This document shows, piece after piece, positions 1 through 12,035 of a stretch of 64,000 nucleotides of DNA. Origin of the DNA: Octopus vulgaris (lineage: Eukaryota). The DNA is taken from assembly GCA_951406725.2 (NCBI GenBank), contig OX597837.1, positions 43,772,001 to 43,836,000 of the forward strand. Reading direction: 5' to 3'. Within the stretch, counting starts at the first letter, position 1, and each line of letters starts with the position of its first letter. The notes under the pieces were generated by a model that saw only the letters and a program-made list of their open reading frames with translations, did no database searches and was not told the origin of the DNA. The translations under genes and the position numbers were made by a program.

Positions 1-169
1 TAGACTGCGGACATACTGGGGCACCGCCTTGGAGAATTAATCGACCGCAGTACTTATTTCTTTCAGCCTGGTACTTATTTTATTAGTCTCTTTTACCGAG
101 CGCTAAGTTACGCGGAAATAAGCACATCAGTACCGATTATGAAGCGGTGGTGAGGGGCAAGCACAGAAT

Positions 170-172
<3 letters not shown>
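1..172 (-). mobile_element. SINE family A, 3' portion
   Basis: Reverse complement matches the 3' half of the full copy at 22749-23147 (GTAACTTAGCG...AATAAGTAC...AAGGCGGTG); followed by (CA)n. Confidence 0.75.
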
Positions 173-209
<37 letters not shown>

Positions 210-311
210 CAAACACACACATACATACATATATCAAATCAAATTTATTGGCAGGAGAAGAGTACAATGTGCTTAAGCCATGTAAAAAAACAGTTATTGT
301 TATATACAGTT

Positions 312-1140
312 TTATACATAGTCGCCATAGTTGTCCAGATCCTCTTTGAACAGGGGAGTGGTGGGCAGTTGAATGATATCTTGTGGTACCTTGTTCCACG
401 GTGTTGCGATACGGAGGGGGAATGCGGTCGAAAGTGTCGGGATGGAGTTTACGATCATGCCCACGAAGACTTCTATCCGGCGCAGGGGTGAAAAACTCCG
501 CAAATGGTAGGTTTATATTCCCGTTAAATATGTTGAAATCCAGGATGAGATTTCCCCGCCTCCTCCGTCGTTCCAGTGAAAGTAATACCAGCCGTTGGAG
601 GCGTTTCTTATACGTAAGCTTAAACAAACCCGCGACTATTCGGGTGGCTAAGTGCTGAACCCGTTCAAGATGCTGAATGTCTTTCTGGAGATTTGGGTTT
701 GAGGCCTGGATGCAATATTCGAGGATGGGTCGAGCTAGAGTGACGTATATAAGGCAAAAGAGGTCCATTGAAAGGTTGACAATATTGGACATACGGTCGC
801 TTTCCTCCAGTCTTCCAGTACAGTTCCTTGCTCAAAACAAAGATTGAAAAGAGATGGGAGAGAAGTCGCTAGAAAACGTACTAGGACACGTAGAACAGCT
901 GCATGGAGATTATCTGGGCTGACGCTTTTGTCTCGATGAAGTTTTGAAAGGATAATATAGACTGCATGAGGTGAGATGGTGACTGGAGGCATCGGTTCGA
1001 TTTGCCTATCTGATATCAGAGACTCACGCCCATCATCTATTCGGGAGATAGAAGAGAACATTGCAGCAAAGCGAAAACTTTGTAAGGCGGAGACTGTGAC
1101 AATATTTCCATCGATATCTCTCAATGCAACCACTCAGTTA
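312..1140 (-). pseudogene. CR1-group LINE ORF2 remnant with the RT core deleted
   Basis: ORF 735-1133 gives KSVSPDNL...LFNLCFEQGTVLEDWRKATVCPI (RT N-terminal region). ORF 169-792 gives YVTLARPILEYC...LERVQHLATR...SLERRRRRGNLI. ORF 312-503 gives RIATPWNKVP...FKEDLD, a typical CR1 C-terminus. Frameshifted. Confidence 0.85.
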
Positions 1141-1233
1141 TTCAGTGTGTACAGTTAACTATTTGTTTATTTTAGTATTTCTAAACTATAAACCATTTCC
1201 ACAGAATTTGAATTCTCTTTATAGTAATATATA

Positions 1234-1392
1234 GGCGCAGGAGTAGCTATGTGGTAAGTAGCTTGCTTACCAGCCACACGGTTTCGAGGTCGGTCACATT
1301 GCGTAGCACCTTGGGCATTTGCTGCTATAGCCTCGGGCTCAATAAAGCCTCGTGAGTGGATTTGGAAGACGGAAACTGAAAGAAGCCTGTTG
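1234..1392 (+). mobile_element. SINE family A, 5' portion (tRNA-like head)
   Basis: GGCGCAGGAGTAGCTATGTGGTAAGTAGC...GGAAACTGAAAGAAGCC, shared with copies at 22749, 27482 and 31376. Confidence 0.8.
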
Positions 1393-1529
<137 letters not shown>

Positions 1530-2158
1530 TACTATGAATGTGATATATAATATATTTAATGTAATATAGTTTCTTTTCTACTCGCTTCACACATTGGGAC
1601 ACTGTTGAAGAATTTTAATCAGATGGATGGACGCCGCTACTTATTTTTTCTATTTTAAAATCCTGATACTTATTCTATCCTTCTATTCTGCCGAACCGCT
1701 AAGTTACGGTGACAGAAACGTACCATCACCGACTGTCAAACGATGATGGAGGACAAACACAAAGATACGCACGCGGCACGCACACACACTCTAACCACTT
1801 GGCCACTCGCCTTCGCTCACATCACCATGACTACTAAAATACGCTACACAGGAATATATTTATTTAAACTCAAAAGTGAAACTAATCGATCAAGAGTAAT
1901 AGAACAACGCACATAATTATAATGTGAATTTAATATTTCCAAACAAGCCGGCTAATACAACACAGACGCATCTAAAAGTGTAATTAAAAACGGAATAACA
2001 ACGTAAGTTTTATAATTAACCTAGTTTTACAGTATTTTAAAACATTGCTGTAAAATAATTAGGAAGAACGAATGATAAATATTGAGAACGTAGGTAAGAG
2101 TTCTCAAGATGTCCGCCATTTATTATCACCAAACTGTCGTACCACGTGGTTTACTCCT

Positions 2159-3205
2159 CACACAACCCATTCACCACACGTCGTATCTCAACTGTTGTTC
2201 TCCGCTTTTCACAACACTGTGGAGGTGGTAATATAAATGCAATGGTACTACCAGTATGAATATGCCAGTAGCATGTTCAATTTCACCTCACAGTGACAGA
2301 TTTTTTCTCCATGACAAAACACAGTGAGTGGCCCCTTTATGGGTTCGAACCTGCCACTGGTATATTCACACAACCCATTCACCACACGTCGTATCTCAAC
2401 TGTTGTTCTCCGCTTTTCGCAACACTGTGGAGGTACTAATACAAATCCAATGGTACTACCAGTATGAATATGCCAGCATCAGGTTCAAACTCACCTCATA
2501 GTGCCACCAGCGAGAGATTTTTCTCCATGACAAAACACAGCGAGTGGGCCCTTTATGGGTTCGAACCTGCCACTGGTATATTCACATAACCCATTCGCCA
2601 CACGTCGTATTTCAACTGTTGTTATCGGCTTTTCGCAACACTGTTATTACTAGTACGAATACGCCAGTGGCAGGTTCAAACTCACCTCACAAGGCCACCA
2701 GTGAGAGATTTTTTCTCCATAACAAAGCACAGCGAGTGGCTCCTTTATGGGTTCGAACCTGCCACTGGTATATTCACACAACCCATTCGCCACACGTCGT
2801 ATCTCAACTGTTGTTATCGGCTTTTCGCAACACTGTGGAGGTGGTAATATAAATGCAATGATACTACCAGTACGAATATGCCAGTGACAGGTTCAATCTC
2901 ACCTCACAAGGCCACCAGTGAGAGATTTTTTCTCCGTGATAAACCACAGCGAGTGGCCTCTTTATGGGTTCGAACCTGCCACTGGTATATTCACACAACC
3001 CATTCGCCACACGTCGTATCTCAACTGTTTTTATCGGCTTTTCGCAACAATGTGGAGGTACTAATACAAATCCAATGTTATTACTAGTACGAATATGACA
3101 GCAGCAGGTTCAAACTCACCTCACAGGGCTACCATTGAAAGGTTTTCTCCATGACAAAACACAGCGAGTGGCCTCTTCATGGATTCGAACCTGCCACTGG
3201 CATAT
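2159..3205. repeat. Tandem repeat of about 5 units of 192-217 bp, each with an internal inverted repeat
   Basis: (C/T)AACCCATTC recurs at 2163, 2371, 2587, 2779 and 2996. In unit 3, 2657-2684 is complementary to 2748-2775 at 24 of 28 positions. Confidence 0.9.
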
Positions 3206-3358
3206 CCGAACTGGTAATAACATTGCAATTATAGACATTACAGCTCGTAATTTATTCACTATGAGTCGCCGATTAACGCTACAAGCCGACGTACGACGAT
3301 TGGAATAACGTAAGAGATATTGTCTTCCTTATCAGTTCGCAGCGCCACCGTCCGGTTT

Positions 3359-3406
3359 CTGTGACTGAAGAGGAGATAACCACTCCGAAATGTTTACATC
3401 TCACAG
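3359..3406 (+). ncRNA. Type I hammerhead ribozyme, canonical core
   Basis: Stem I CTGTGA/TCACAG; CTGAAGA at 3365-3371; stem II GGAG/CTCC; GAA; stem III ATGT-tt-ACAT; cleavage triplet ATC, cut after 3400. Confidence 0.85.
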
Positions 3407-3453
3407 TCTGGACACATGGCGCCGTGAGCTGACTTAAGTGCATTTACACCTTT

Positions 3454-3454
3454 A

Positions 3455-3520
<66 letters not shown>

Positions 3521-3556
3521 ATTATCATCATCATCACCATCATCATTATCATCATT

Positions 3557-3615
<59 letters not shown>

Positions 3616-3633
3616 TGTTATTATTATTATTAT
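3454..3633. repeat. (TTA)n/(TCA)n microsatellite
   Basis: Directly visible. Confidence 0.95.
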
Positions 3634-3899
3634 TTCTCACTGATAAATACGGTGAGAAATTCTCTCCTTCACAAAACATAGTAAATGGCTTGTTTGCGAG
3701 TTCGAACTCGTAATAACGTTGCATTCCTACAGACCTATGCTTAGCGCTCCCACACCGTAACTAATAGAAATGCCCGCTGCTCCTTTCCACAAAGAAGTGG
3801 GCAAAGTTTTGTTGGGAAAATAGCAAAAAAGTAAAAACGCACTCAGTACATAACAAGAAGCACAGCATGCAGCATCTGTACTTGACGGCTGGGAATCTA

Positions 3900-4154
3900 A
3901 TATGATAATGATTAAGATGATGATGATGGTGATTATGATAAAGATGACGGTTGTGATGACGACGAAGATGATGATGATAGTGATGATGTTGGTACTACTG
4001 CTGATGATGGTGATGGTAATGATGATGATAACGATAACGATGAAGATGATGGTGGTGATGATGTTGATGATCATCATAATCATCATCATCGCCATCATTA
4101 CCATTATCATCCTCATCACCATCTCCATGAGGATGATGATAATGATGTTGTTGT

Positions 4155-4194
<40 letters not shown>

Positions 4195-5365
4195 AATGTT
4201 GTTGATGATGGTGACGATGAAGATGATGATGGTGATGGTGATGAGGATGATGATCATGATCATGATCAGCATCATCATCATCATCATGGAGATGGTGATG
4301 ATGGCGATGATGATGATAATGATGATCATGATCATGATGGTGATGGTTATGAGGATGACGAAGATGGTAATGATGATGATTATTGATGATGATGGTGAGG
4401 AGGAGGAGGAGGATGGGGAACGGAGGGGTATGGTGGTGGGGTGATGATGATGAGGATGATGATGGGGATTGTGATGGTGGTAATGATCATGATGGTGAGG
4501 ATAGTGATGATAAGGATAATGATGATCATCATGATAACGTTAATGACAGACGACGGCAGATGACAATGATCGCAACGCTGACGACTGCAACGCTGGCCAC
4601 TCCAACGATGACCATCTCAACGATGACGATTGCAATGATGACGACCGCAACGACGACTATGATGATCATCATCACCATGATCATGATCATGATGACGCGA
4701 CGACGATGACGATGGTAATGATATTAATCAAGGGAATGGTGGTGGTTTTCTTGATGGTGATGATGACGAGTTGGAGGAGGAGGGGGATGAGGTGGGGGAG
4801 AGGATGGGGTTGAGGAGGAAGGGGAGGAGCCGAGAAGGAGGAGAGGAAGAGGACGGGAAGAGGAGAAGGAGGGTGAAGGGGAGGAAGATGAAAGGGAGGA
4901 AGATGAAGAGGAGGAAATGAATGGGGAGGGAGGAGGAGGAGAGAAGAAGGAGAGGAGTCGAGGAGGATGAAGAGGGGGAGAAGGAGGATGAAGAGGGGGA
5001 GAAGGAGGATGAAGAGGGGGAGAAGGAGGATGAAAAGGAGGAGGAGGGGGAGGAGGAGGGTGATGAAGAGGCAGAGGAAAGATGAGGAGGAGGAGGAAGA
5101 GGGGAAGGAGGAGGAGGCGGTGGAGAAGTGAGAGGAGGAGGTGGAGGAGGAAGAATAAGAGGAGGAGGTCGATGGCGACCATGACGAAGAAGACGATGAC
5201 GACAATCCCAACGATGACGACGACGATGATGATGATGGTGATATCGATGACAAAGACAATAACGACGATGACAACGGTAATGATGATGAGGATGACCACG
5301 ACCACGCCCACAACGACAACGCTGAAGCTGAATAACAACAACAACAACAACAACAGCAGCAGCAG
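3900..5365. repeat. Degenerate trinucleotide low-complexity block (GAT/GAC/GAG/CAA) with a short 21-bp minisatellite near 4963-5030
   Basis: Directly visible; it explains the poly-M/I/D/P ORFs in all frames. Confidence 0.9.
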
Positions 5366-5500
5366 CTACGTTGCAGGAAAAGATAACAAAAACCCCAACA
5401 AACAAACAAAACAAAGAAAATATGAGAGAAACGTCAGACGTTTGATGATTGCATCATTTATAATTAAATGGTAATCGTTCATCTGAAAGCCAAAGAGAAC

Positions 5501-5538
<38 letters not shown>

Positions 5539-5730
5539 ACACACACACTCACACACACATGTACAAACACACATACATACAGACAGACAGAGACATACAG
5601 GTATTCACACATACACACATAGACAAATATACGTGCATATACACATACATACACACACAATCATACACACAATCACACATACACAAACATACGTATACAT
5701 ATTTACCTACACATGCACACACACACACAT

Positions 5731-5764
<34 letters not shown>

Positions 5765-5945
5765 GCATTGACATATGTACGCATATACAATCAGACACAG
5801 CCGCCATCTTAAAAAGCAAGCACATATTCATCCGCAGCACAATATGTTTAAATACGAAGCAAATATATATTTACAGATTTACAGATTTATGTATCCATAT
5901 ATATATATATATGTATATATATATAATGTGTGTGAGTATATATAC

Positions 5946-5996
<51 letters not shown>

Positions 5997-6093
5997 GATA
6001 TATGTATATATATGTATATGTATATATGATATGGGTGGTTAATTCGGTATTTTATAATTTTATAACCTAAGGCCAGAAATATATACGTCATTA

Positions 6094-6241
6094 AAGTGAC
6101 AAAGGCCATTAATTAACACCAGTATTGATAGAAATGAGAGTCAAAACAACTCAATGGCTGGCAAGATAGTGCTGGTGTGGCTACTGAGAAGTATTGACTC
6201 TTATTTCTAGCAATGCTGGTGCCTATTAGTGCCATTTGTCA

Positions 6242-6244
<3 letters not shown>
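6094..6244. repeat. Inverted repeat with ~50-bp arms (MITE-like foldback)
   Basis: AAGTGACAAA...CACCAGTATTGATAGAAATGAGAGTCAA (6094-6144) pairs with TTGACTCTTATTTCTAGCAATGCTGGTG...TTTGTCACTT (6194-6244). Confidence 0.75.
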
Positions 6245-6287
<43 letters not shown>

Positions 6288-6291
<4 letters not shown>

Positions 6292-6483
6292 TGATGTCGA
6301 GTGGTACCCGCGTGAGCGGAAAAGACCACCCAGAAGACCTCCACGACGGTGGAGTTACGATTTCAGGAGGACTATTGTGATCACGTGGATGAGAAAGGCG
6401 CGATCCAGAGAGGAGTGGACAGCGTGCTGTGACCAGCGGTGTCAAATGGACGCCTGACGGACTGGTTGGTCAAGGTGATCAAG

Positions 6484-6489
<6 letters not shown>
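6288..6489 (+). mobile_element. RTE-clade LINE 3' end, 5'-truncated
   Basis: Translation EWYPRERKRPPRRPPRRW...TWMRKARSREEW matches the RTE ORF C-terminal pattern; short tail (CAAGGTGAT)x2; flanked by (TA)n. Confidence 0.8.
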
Positions 6490-6560
<71 letters not shown>

Positions 6561-6641
6561 ATAAGATCGTTATCAAAATATCGAACTTATCAAGTGGCAA
6601 TTATGGGAATAAACACTTTCAACTGTAATAATTATTATTAA

Positions 6642-6981
6642 AATTATAATTTAGGCTATCTAAGAGATACCACCACGCTTGAAATAACAGCCAAAATTTT
6701 ACTCTAAAACCACATTTGTTTAGTTGTGTGCATGCATCTGAGCAGTCGTTCAGCAAATCTATTTATAATCTACTCTTTTGTCAACAATATTGACAGTGAT
6801 TCTTCTTGATGTAACTGGCATTTCCGGGATAGTGTGTTATAGCGAAGCGCGTGTCTGATTATTGAGAAGGTCGGGTCGTATTTTACCATTACTTCCTTGA
6901 ATCGGCAGACGAAATTTTAGAGGCAAATTTTGGCTGCTACTTCAAGCGTGGTGGTATCTCTTAGATACCCTAAATTATAAT

Positions 6982-6982
<1 letters not shown>
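6642..6982. mobile_element. MITE with ~68-bp terminal inverted repeats
   Basis: AATTATAATTTAGGCTATCTAAGAGATACCACCACGCTTGAA... and ...TTCAAGCGTGGTGGTATCTCTTAGATACCCTAAATTATAATT. Confidence 0.8.
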
Positions 6983-7036
<54 letters not shown>

Positions 7037-7037
<1 letters not shown>

Positions 7038-7241
7038 GTAACCTCGTGTGTACCGTTGGCGATTTTTTTCCCTTTGTCTTCCCTTCTCTGGATCTTTCCT
7101 TCTCCTATGTTTCCGACGAAGAGCTCCGCTCGAAACGTTAAACCCTCCTTCGTTACTTCTTTCCTGAGCGTCCAATAATACTATATTTGTTCCACGTCCT
7201 CGCGTTGTTGTGTTTTTTTGTGTTTTCTTGTTTGGATTAAC
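7037..7241 (+). mobile_element. ~205-bp PLE pseudo-LTR-like element (family P1), copy 1
   Basis: Near-identical copies at 8339-8550 and 33271-33463, all in dinucleotide microsatellites; carries a minimal hammerhead. Confidence 0.75.
7109..7143 (+). ncRNA. Minimal type I hammerhead ribozyme, U4C core variant
   Basis: GTTT-CCGACGA-A-GAGC tcc GCTC-GAAACGTT-AAAC: stem I GTTT/AAAC, stem II GAGC/GCTC, palindromic ACGT in place of stem III. Confidence 0.7.
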
Positions 7242-7281
7242 TATATATATATATATTTACATATATATATATATATATGGA

Positions 7282-7384
7282 TGTACCTGATGAGATCCAA
7301 ACTGCAAAATGGATGCAACACATGTTGAACGGAGTCCCATTCATAAGCGACAATAACAGAATGGGTCGAAACGACAGTTGTACA
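7282..7384 (+). ncRNA. Type I hammerhead ribozyme with a large stem II insertion
   Basis: Stem I TGTAC/GTACA; CTGATGA at 7287-7293; stem II GATCCA/TGGGTC enclosing about 60 nt; GAAAC gaca GTT. Confidence 0.7.
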
Positions 7385-7697
7385 AAATGGCGATTAATAC
7401 CAAATCTATCTTTTGGTCACTTAATAAATTATCTCAACTAACAGAGCGGAGTTCCTGAAGTAGATCGAACGTTAACATTCCCCGACTGCAGATGACACCA
7501 GGTAGCCCAAACTGTGCCGGTGCTCTATTCAACACTTCAACACTCTAGTCAATACCTATTAGTCCAATATATATATATATATATATAGGTTACAGGTTTT
7601 GTTGAATTTTCTGCTGCTTTAAATAAAGCATATTACTCTATCACTGGTATTTGAGTACTCTTTTTTCCACATTGTTTCACATTTATGTGTTTACTCC

Positions 7698-7760
<63 letters not shown>

Positions 7761-7766
<6 letters not shown>

Positions 7767-8298
7767 CTTGAATGAAAGAACTTACAGAAGATGGTTCGCA
7801 AAATTCGAAAGTGGAGATTTCAGCCTTGAAGATGAAGATCGAACAGGACGTCCAGTTGAGTTTGATGATAAGCTCCTTGAGGCATTACTTGAATAAAATC
7901 CTGCATTATCAGTTGAATAATTGGCAATAAAGCTTAGTTCAAACCATACAACTGTTTATCGTCATCTTCAACAACTTGGAATGGTTCCTAAACTTGGAAA
8001 ATAGGTGACTCGTGAATTGTCCGAAAGCAACCGCAAATCCCGAGTTGACATCTGCTTTTCTCTCCGTATTCTTCTATCCATTTTGGATAGACTTGTGACT
8101 GGTGACGAAAAATAGATCTTCTATCAAACTGTTAAACGTCGTAAACAGTGGCTTGGTAAAGGAGAAAAGCTCAATCACAACCGAGAAGGGAACTTCATGG
8201 GAAAAAAAGGTTCTTCTCTCTATCTGGTGGGATTGCAAAGGAATAATTCACTTTGAATTGTTACCACCTAATGCAACAATCAATGCTCAAGTCTACTG
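7761..8298 (+). pseudogene. Mariner (Tc1/mariner) transposase fragment
   Basis: RRWFAKFESGDFSLEDEDRTGRP...LVTGDEK...KKVLLSIWWDCKGIIHFELLPPNATINAQVYC with several stops and frameshifts. Confidence 0.9.
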
Positions 8299-8338
8299 TA
8301 TGTACATTCATACATACATTTACATATATATATATATA

Positions 8339-8704
<366 letters not shown>

Positions 8705-9913
8705 CATATACACACACATATGTAAGTATATATATGTATGTATGTAAGTATATATACCTACATAGTATAGTATAAAGTTATGTAGTTCAGCATAGTATTG
8801 TTATACTAATAGAAGTAGAATCAAGTGCATTGGGGGATTCGAATATTCTTCTGCTTCACTTGGTTCTCCGTTTATGCCTGGAGACTCTTACAGTCTAAAT
8901 AATACTTTAACAACATCCGTACAAACTTTTTTTTTCTTTCTAAGTATCGAGTCTTTCTCTCCATCCCTGCATGAACGTAAAAAAATATTAGACACACGCT
9001 GTTCCAGAACTATTTACTGTACTTTCAGTTTCACGATTCTTTTTATAGTATTTTTATTGTCCTTCTTGCTGTTATTATTTTAAAATAAGGAATCGATAAA
9101 AATATAAATGAATTATAGATTTTTTTTTTACGTTTAGTTTAGTTTTGTTTGTGTTTCGTTTTTCAATATGAATATTTCTCCATAGAATAAATAAGAAAAA
9201 GCAAAAAAAAAAAAAATTCCATCTCCACCAACAGAAACAAACAAAACTGTGTCTGTCTCATTTTGCGAAAGCGTTCAACTTTCTGACTTGGGGCAACGTA
9301 ATCTAAATTCGGTGCTTTTGCCTTACAGACAAATAGAGATAAACCGTGAAATTGAATAAAAGACTAGAAAATACTCCAATTCTGGTTCTTAATTCTCGAA
9401 TAAATTTATAGAGAGATAAAAATTAACAAAAACACAACAGTTCTTTTATGAAGTGGTTTGCATCTCGCTTTCGGATTGTACTCTTCATATTCAATACTTT
9501 GCTTGAATGGGAATGAAAATAATGTAGCTTCTTCCTCGAAGGAATTCTTCGTAAATCAATGGAAACTATATCGGAAATTATTGAATGTTGTTGCCATTGC
9601 TTGCAATGTGGCATAAATTAATTAAAATGCATAGTATTCGGTTTCTAACCACTATCAATAATGATTAATGCATTCACATATGCACAATTGTATAGACACA
9701 CTCGAAAACAAGATAAGGGTATATTAATTAATTAATGACAAAGGAAACGGGCGTTACGTAATCACGCTCATTAGCTTACAGCTGTTTCTGCTACAAGAAG
9801 CAGTATACTCAAAGTTTGCCACTAGTATGTGCGTGTGTGTGTGTGTGTGTGCATGCGCGCGTGTGTGTCAATGTACGTATATAGATAGATACACACACAT
9901 ATACATACATATA

Positions 9914-9974
<61 letters not shown>

Positions 9975-9978
<4 letters not shown>

Positions 9979-10327
9979 TTCCGGTTCAGTCCACTGCGTG
10001 GCATTATGGGCAAATGTCTTCTACTATAGCCTCGGGCCTACCAAAACCTTGTGATAGGTACGGAAACTGAAAGAACCCTATCGTATAATGTATATGTATA
10101 TATGTGTGTGTAAATGTTTGTGTGTCTATGTTTGTACCCCCAACATCGCTTGACAACCGATGCTGGTGTGTTTACGTCCCCGTAACTTAACGGTTCGGCA
10201 AAAGAGACCGATAGGATAAATACTAGGCATACAAAGAATAAGTTCCTGGGGACGATTTGCTTGACTAAAGGCGGTGCTCCAGCATGGCCGCAGTCAAATG
10301 ACTGAGACAAGTAAAAGAGTAAAAGAG
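9975..10327 (+). mobile_element. SINE family A, nearly full length
   Basis: GGTTCAGTCC B-box-like motif, body, internal (TA)/(TG) tract, 3' tail (GTAAAAGA)n. Confidence 0.85.
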
Positions 10328-11119
10328 AATATATATAGTACTAGAATAAGAACCACGCTTGAAAAAATAAGTCCTGGGGTCGACTCCTTCGACTAATACT
10401 CTACGGGGTGTTGCCCCAGTGAGGTTGCAGTCTAATGATTGAAAGAAGTAGACGTGTGCGCGCCCAGGTATGCCTGTGTGTGGCTGTAAGTACTACGAAG
10501 CGACTTATGCGAACATAGAAAACGAACGAAGAGTTTTTACGAAATGACTTCCAAACGCTGGTCATTTTATTACGATAGATTAACTGTAAGTAATCTCCTT
10601 CGAATTCTATCTCTCTTTTTTTTTTTTTTTTTCCTATTTTAATCCTTTGTTATTTTGCCGAACACTGCGTTGTTTTAGTTTCATAATAAAACAGGCTCTA
10701 CGGAAACAAGCTTCCAGCTCAGTAAACAAAGAAACAGCAACAAAACAAGAATAGAACAAACGAAAATAAACCAACAGGAGACAGAGATAAACTTATCTTG
10801 CTAAACAATAACTGAACATTGGAAGCGAAGGAGTAAAGGGCTTTTGGAGTACTTGTTATCAAATGCATTGTCTGATGTAAAGGAAACCGTCGGTGTAAGG
10901 AACTATTAGGACAAGAGGTGTGTCTGTTATTTTTGATAGTTCGCACGGGCGCATGTGTGGCTGAGTGTTTAAGAAGCTCACTTTACAACCACATGGTTGC
11001 GCGTTCAGGAGAGTTTTCACTGCGCGGTACCTTGGGTGGGTTGTCTTCTAAAAGAGCCCCAGGACCGACCAAGTTAAGTAGACGGATATTTCATGTATTT
11101 ATTTTTTAAGTATTTTTGG

Positions 11120-11542
11120 CTCGTTTCAGTCATTTGATTGCGGCCATGGTGGAGCACCACCTTAAAGCGTGTTTTAGTCGAAGAAATCGAATCCAGGACT
11201 TGTACTTTGTAAGCTTAGCACTCATCCTGTTTCTTTTGCCGAACCGCTAAGTTACGGGGACGTAAACACACCGACACCGGTTGTCAAGCGTTGGTGGTGG
11301 AGCAAACACAGATACAAAGATACACAAACGCACACACAAACACACATATACATACACACACATATATGTGTATATATATATACGACGGGTTTCTTTCGGT
11401 TTTCGTCTACCAGATTCACTCGCAAGGCTTTGGTCGGTCTGAGGCTGTAGTACAAGACACTTACCCAAGGTGCCATGCAGTAGAACTGAACTCAGAACCA
11501 TTTGGTTGAAAAGTAAGCTTCTAACCACACAACCACACCTGT
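11120..11542 (-). mobile_element. SINE family A, full length
   Basis: Reverse complement of the 22749-23147 structure. Confidence 0.85.
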
Positions 11543-12035
11543 ATGTATAAATGTATGTACGTACGTATGTATGTATGTATGCATGCAGGTGTATGGGTGT
11601 GGGTCTTGTGTAAGCGTGGGTGTGTCTTTGGGTTCGCTTGGCAACCGGTGTTGGTTTGGTTACGTCCTCGTATCTTCAGCTGTTCGACAAAATCGACCGA
11701 TAGAATAAGTATCAGAGTAACAGACCTCAAAAAAAAAATTATATATATATATATATAAAGTACTGGAGTCTAATTGTTCGACTAAAATTCCAAGGCGGTG
11801 CCTTAGACTGGCCGCAGACCGATGGCTAACACAAATAAAGCAAAGACTAAAGAAAACCTAAAGGTAACATAGAAACAGTTTTTTTTTATTGTTTTCTATG
11901 TAAAATATATTAGTCTTCATTTAGTAATTAATGCATATTACAATTAATTAAATTCTTATAAAAAATAAATGACTTTTCCTTATTTGGCATTGTAGTTGAA
12001 GAGCAACTTACCGCAATCGTAAAATTCTTGCAGAC

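Noticed and set aside
2100-2150. Promoter (CCGCCATT YY1-like motif and CACGTG E-box)
   Set aside because: Short motifs with no associated gene start; chance occurrence is likely.
2159-3205. CRISPR-like array
   Set aside because: Whole units repeat with no unique spacers, there are no cas genes, and the context is eukaryotic.
3394-5474. Long ORFs of up to 240 aa with poly-M/I/D/P/S
   Set aside because: They arise in several frames on both strands from trinucleotide repeats; no domain or splice support.
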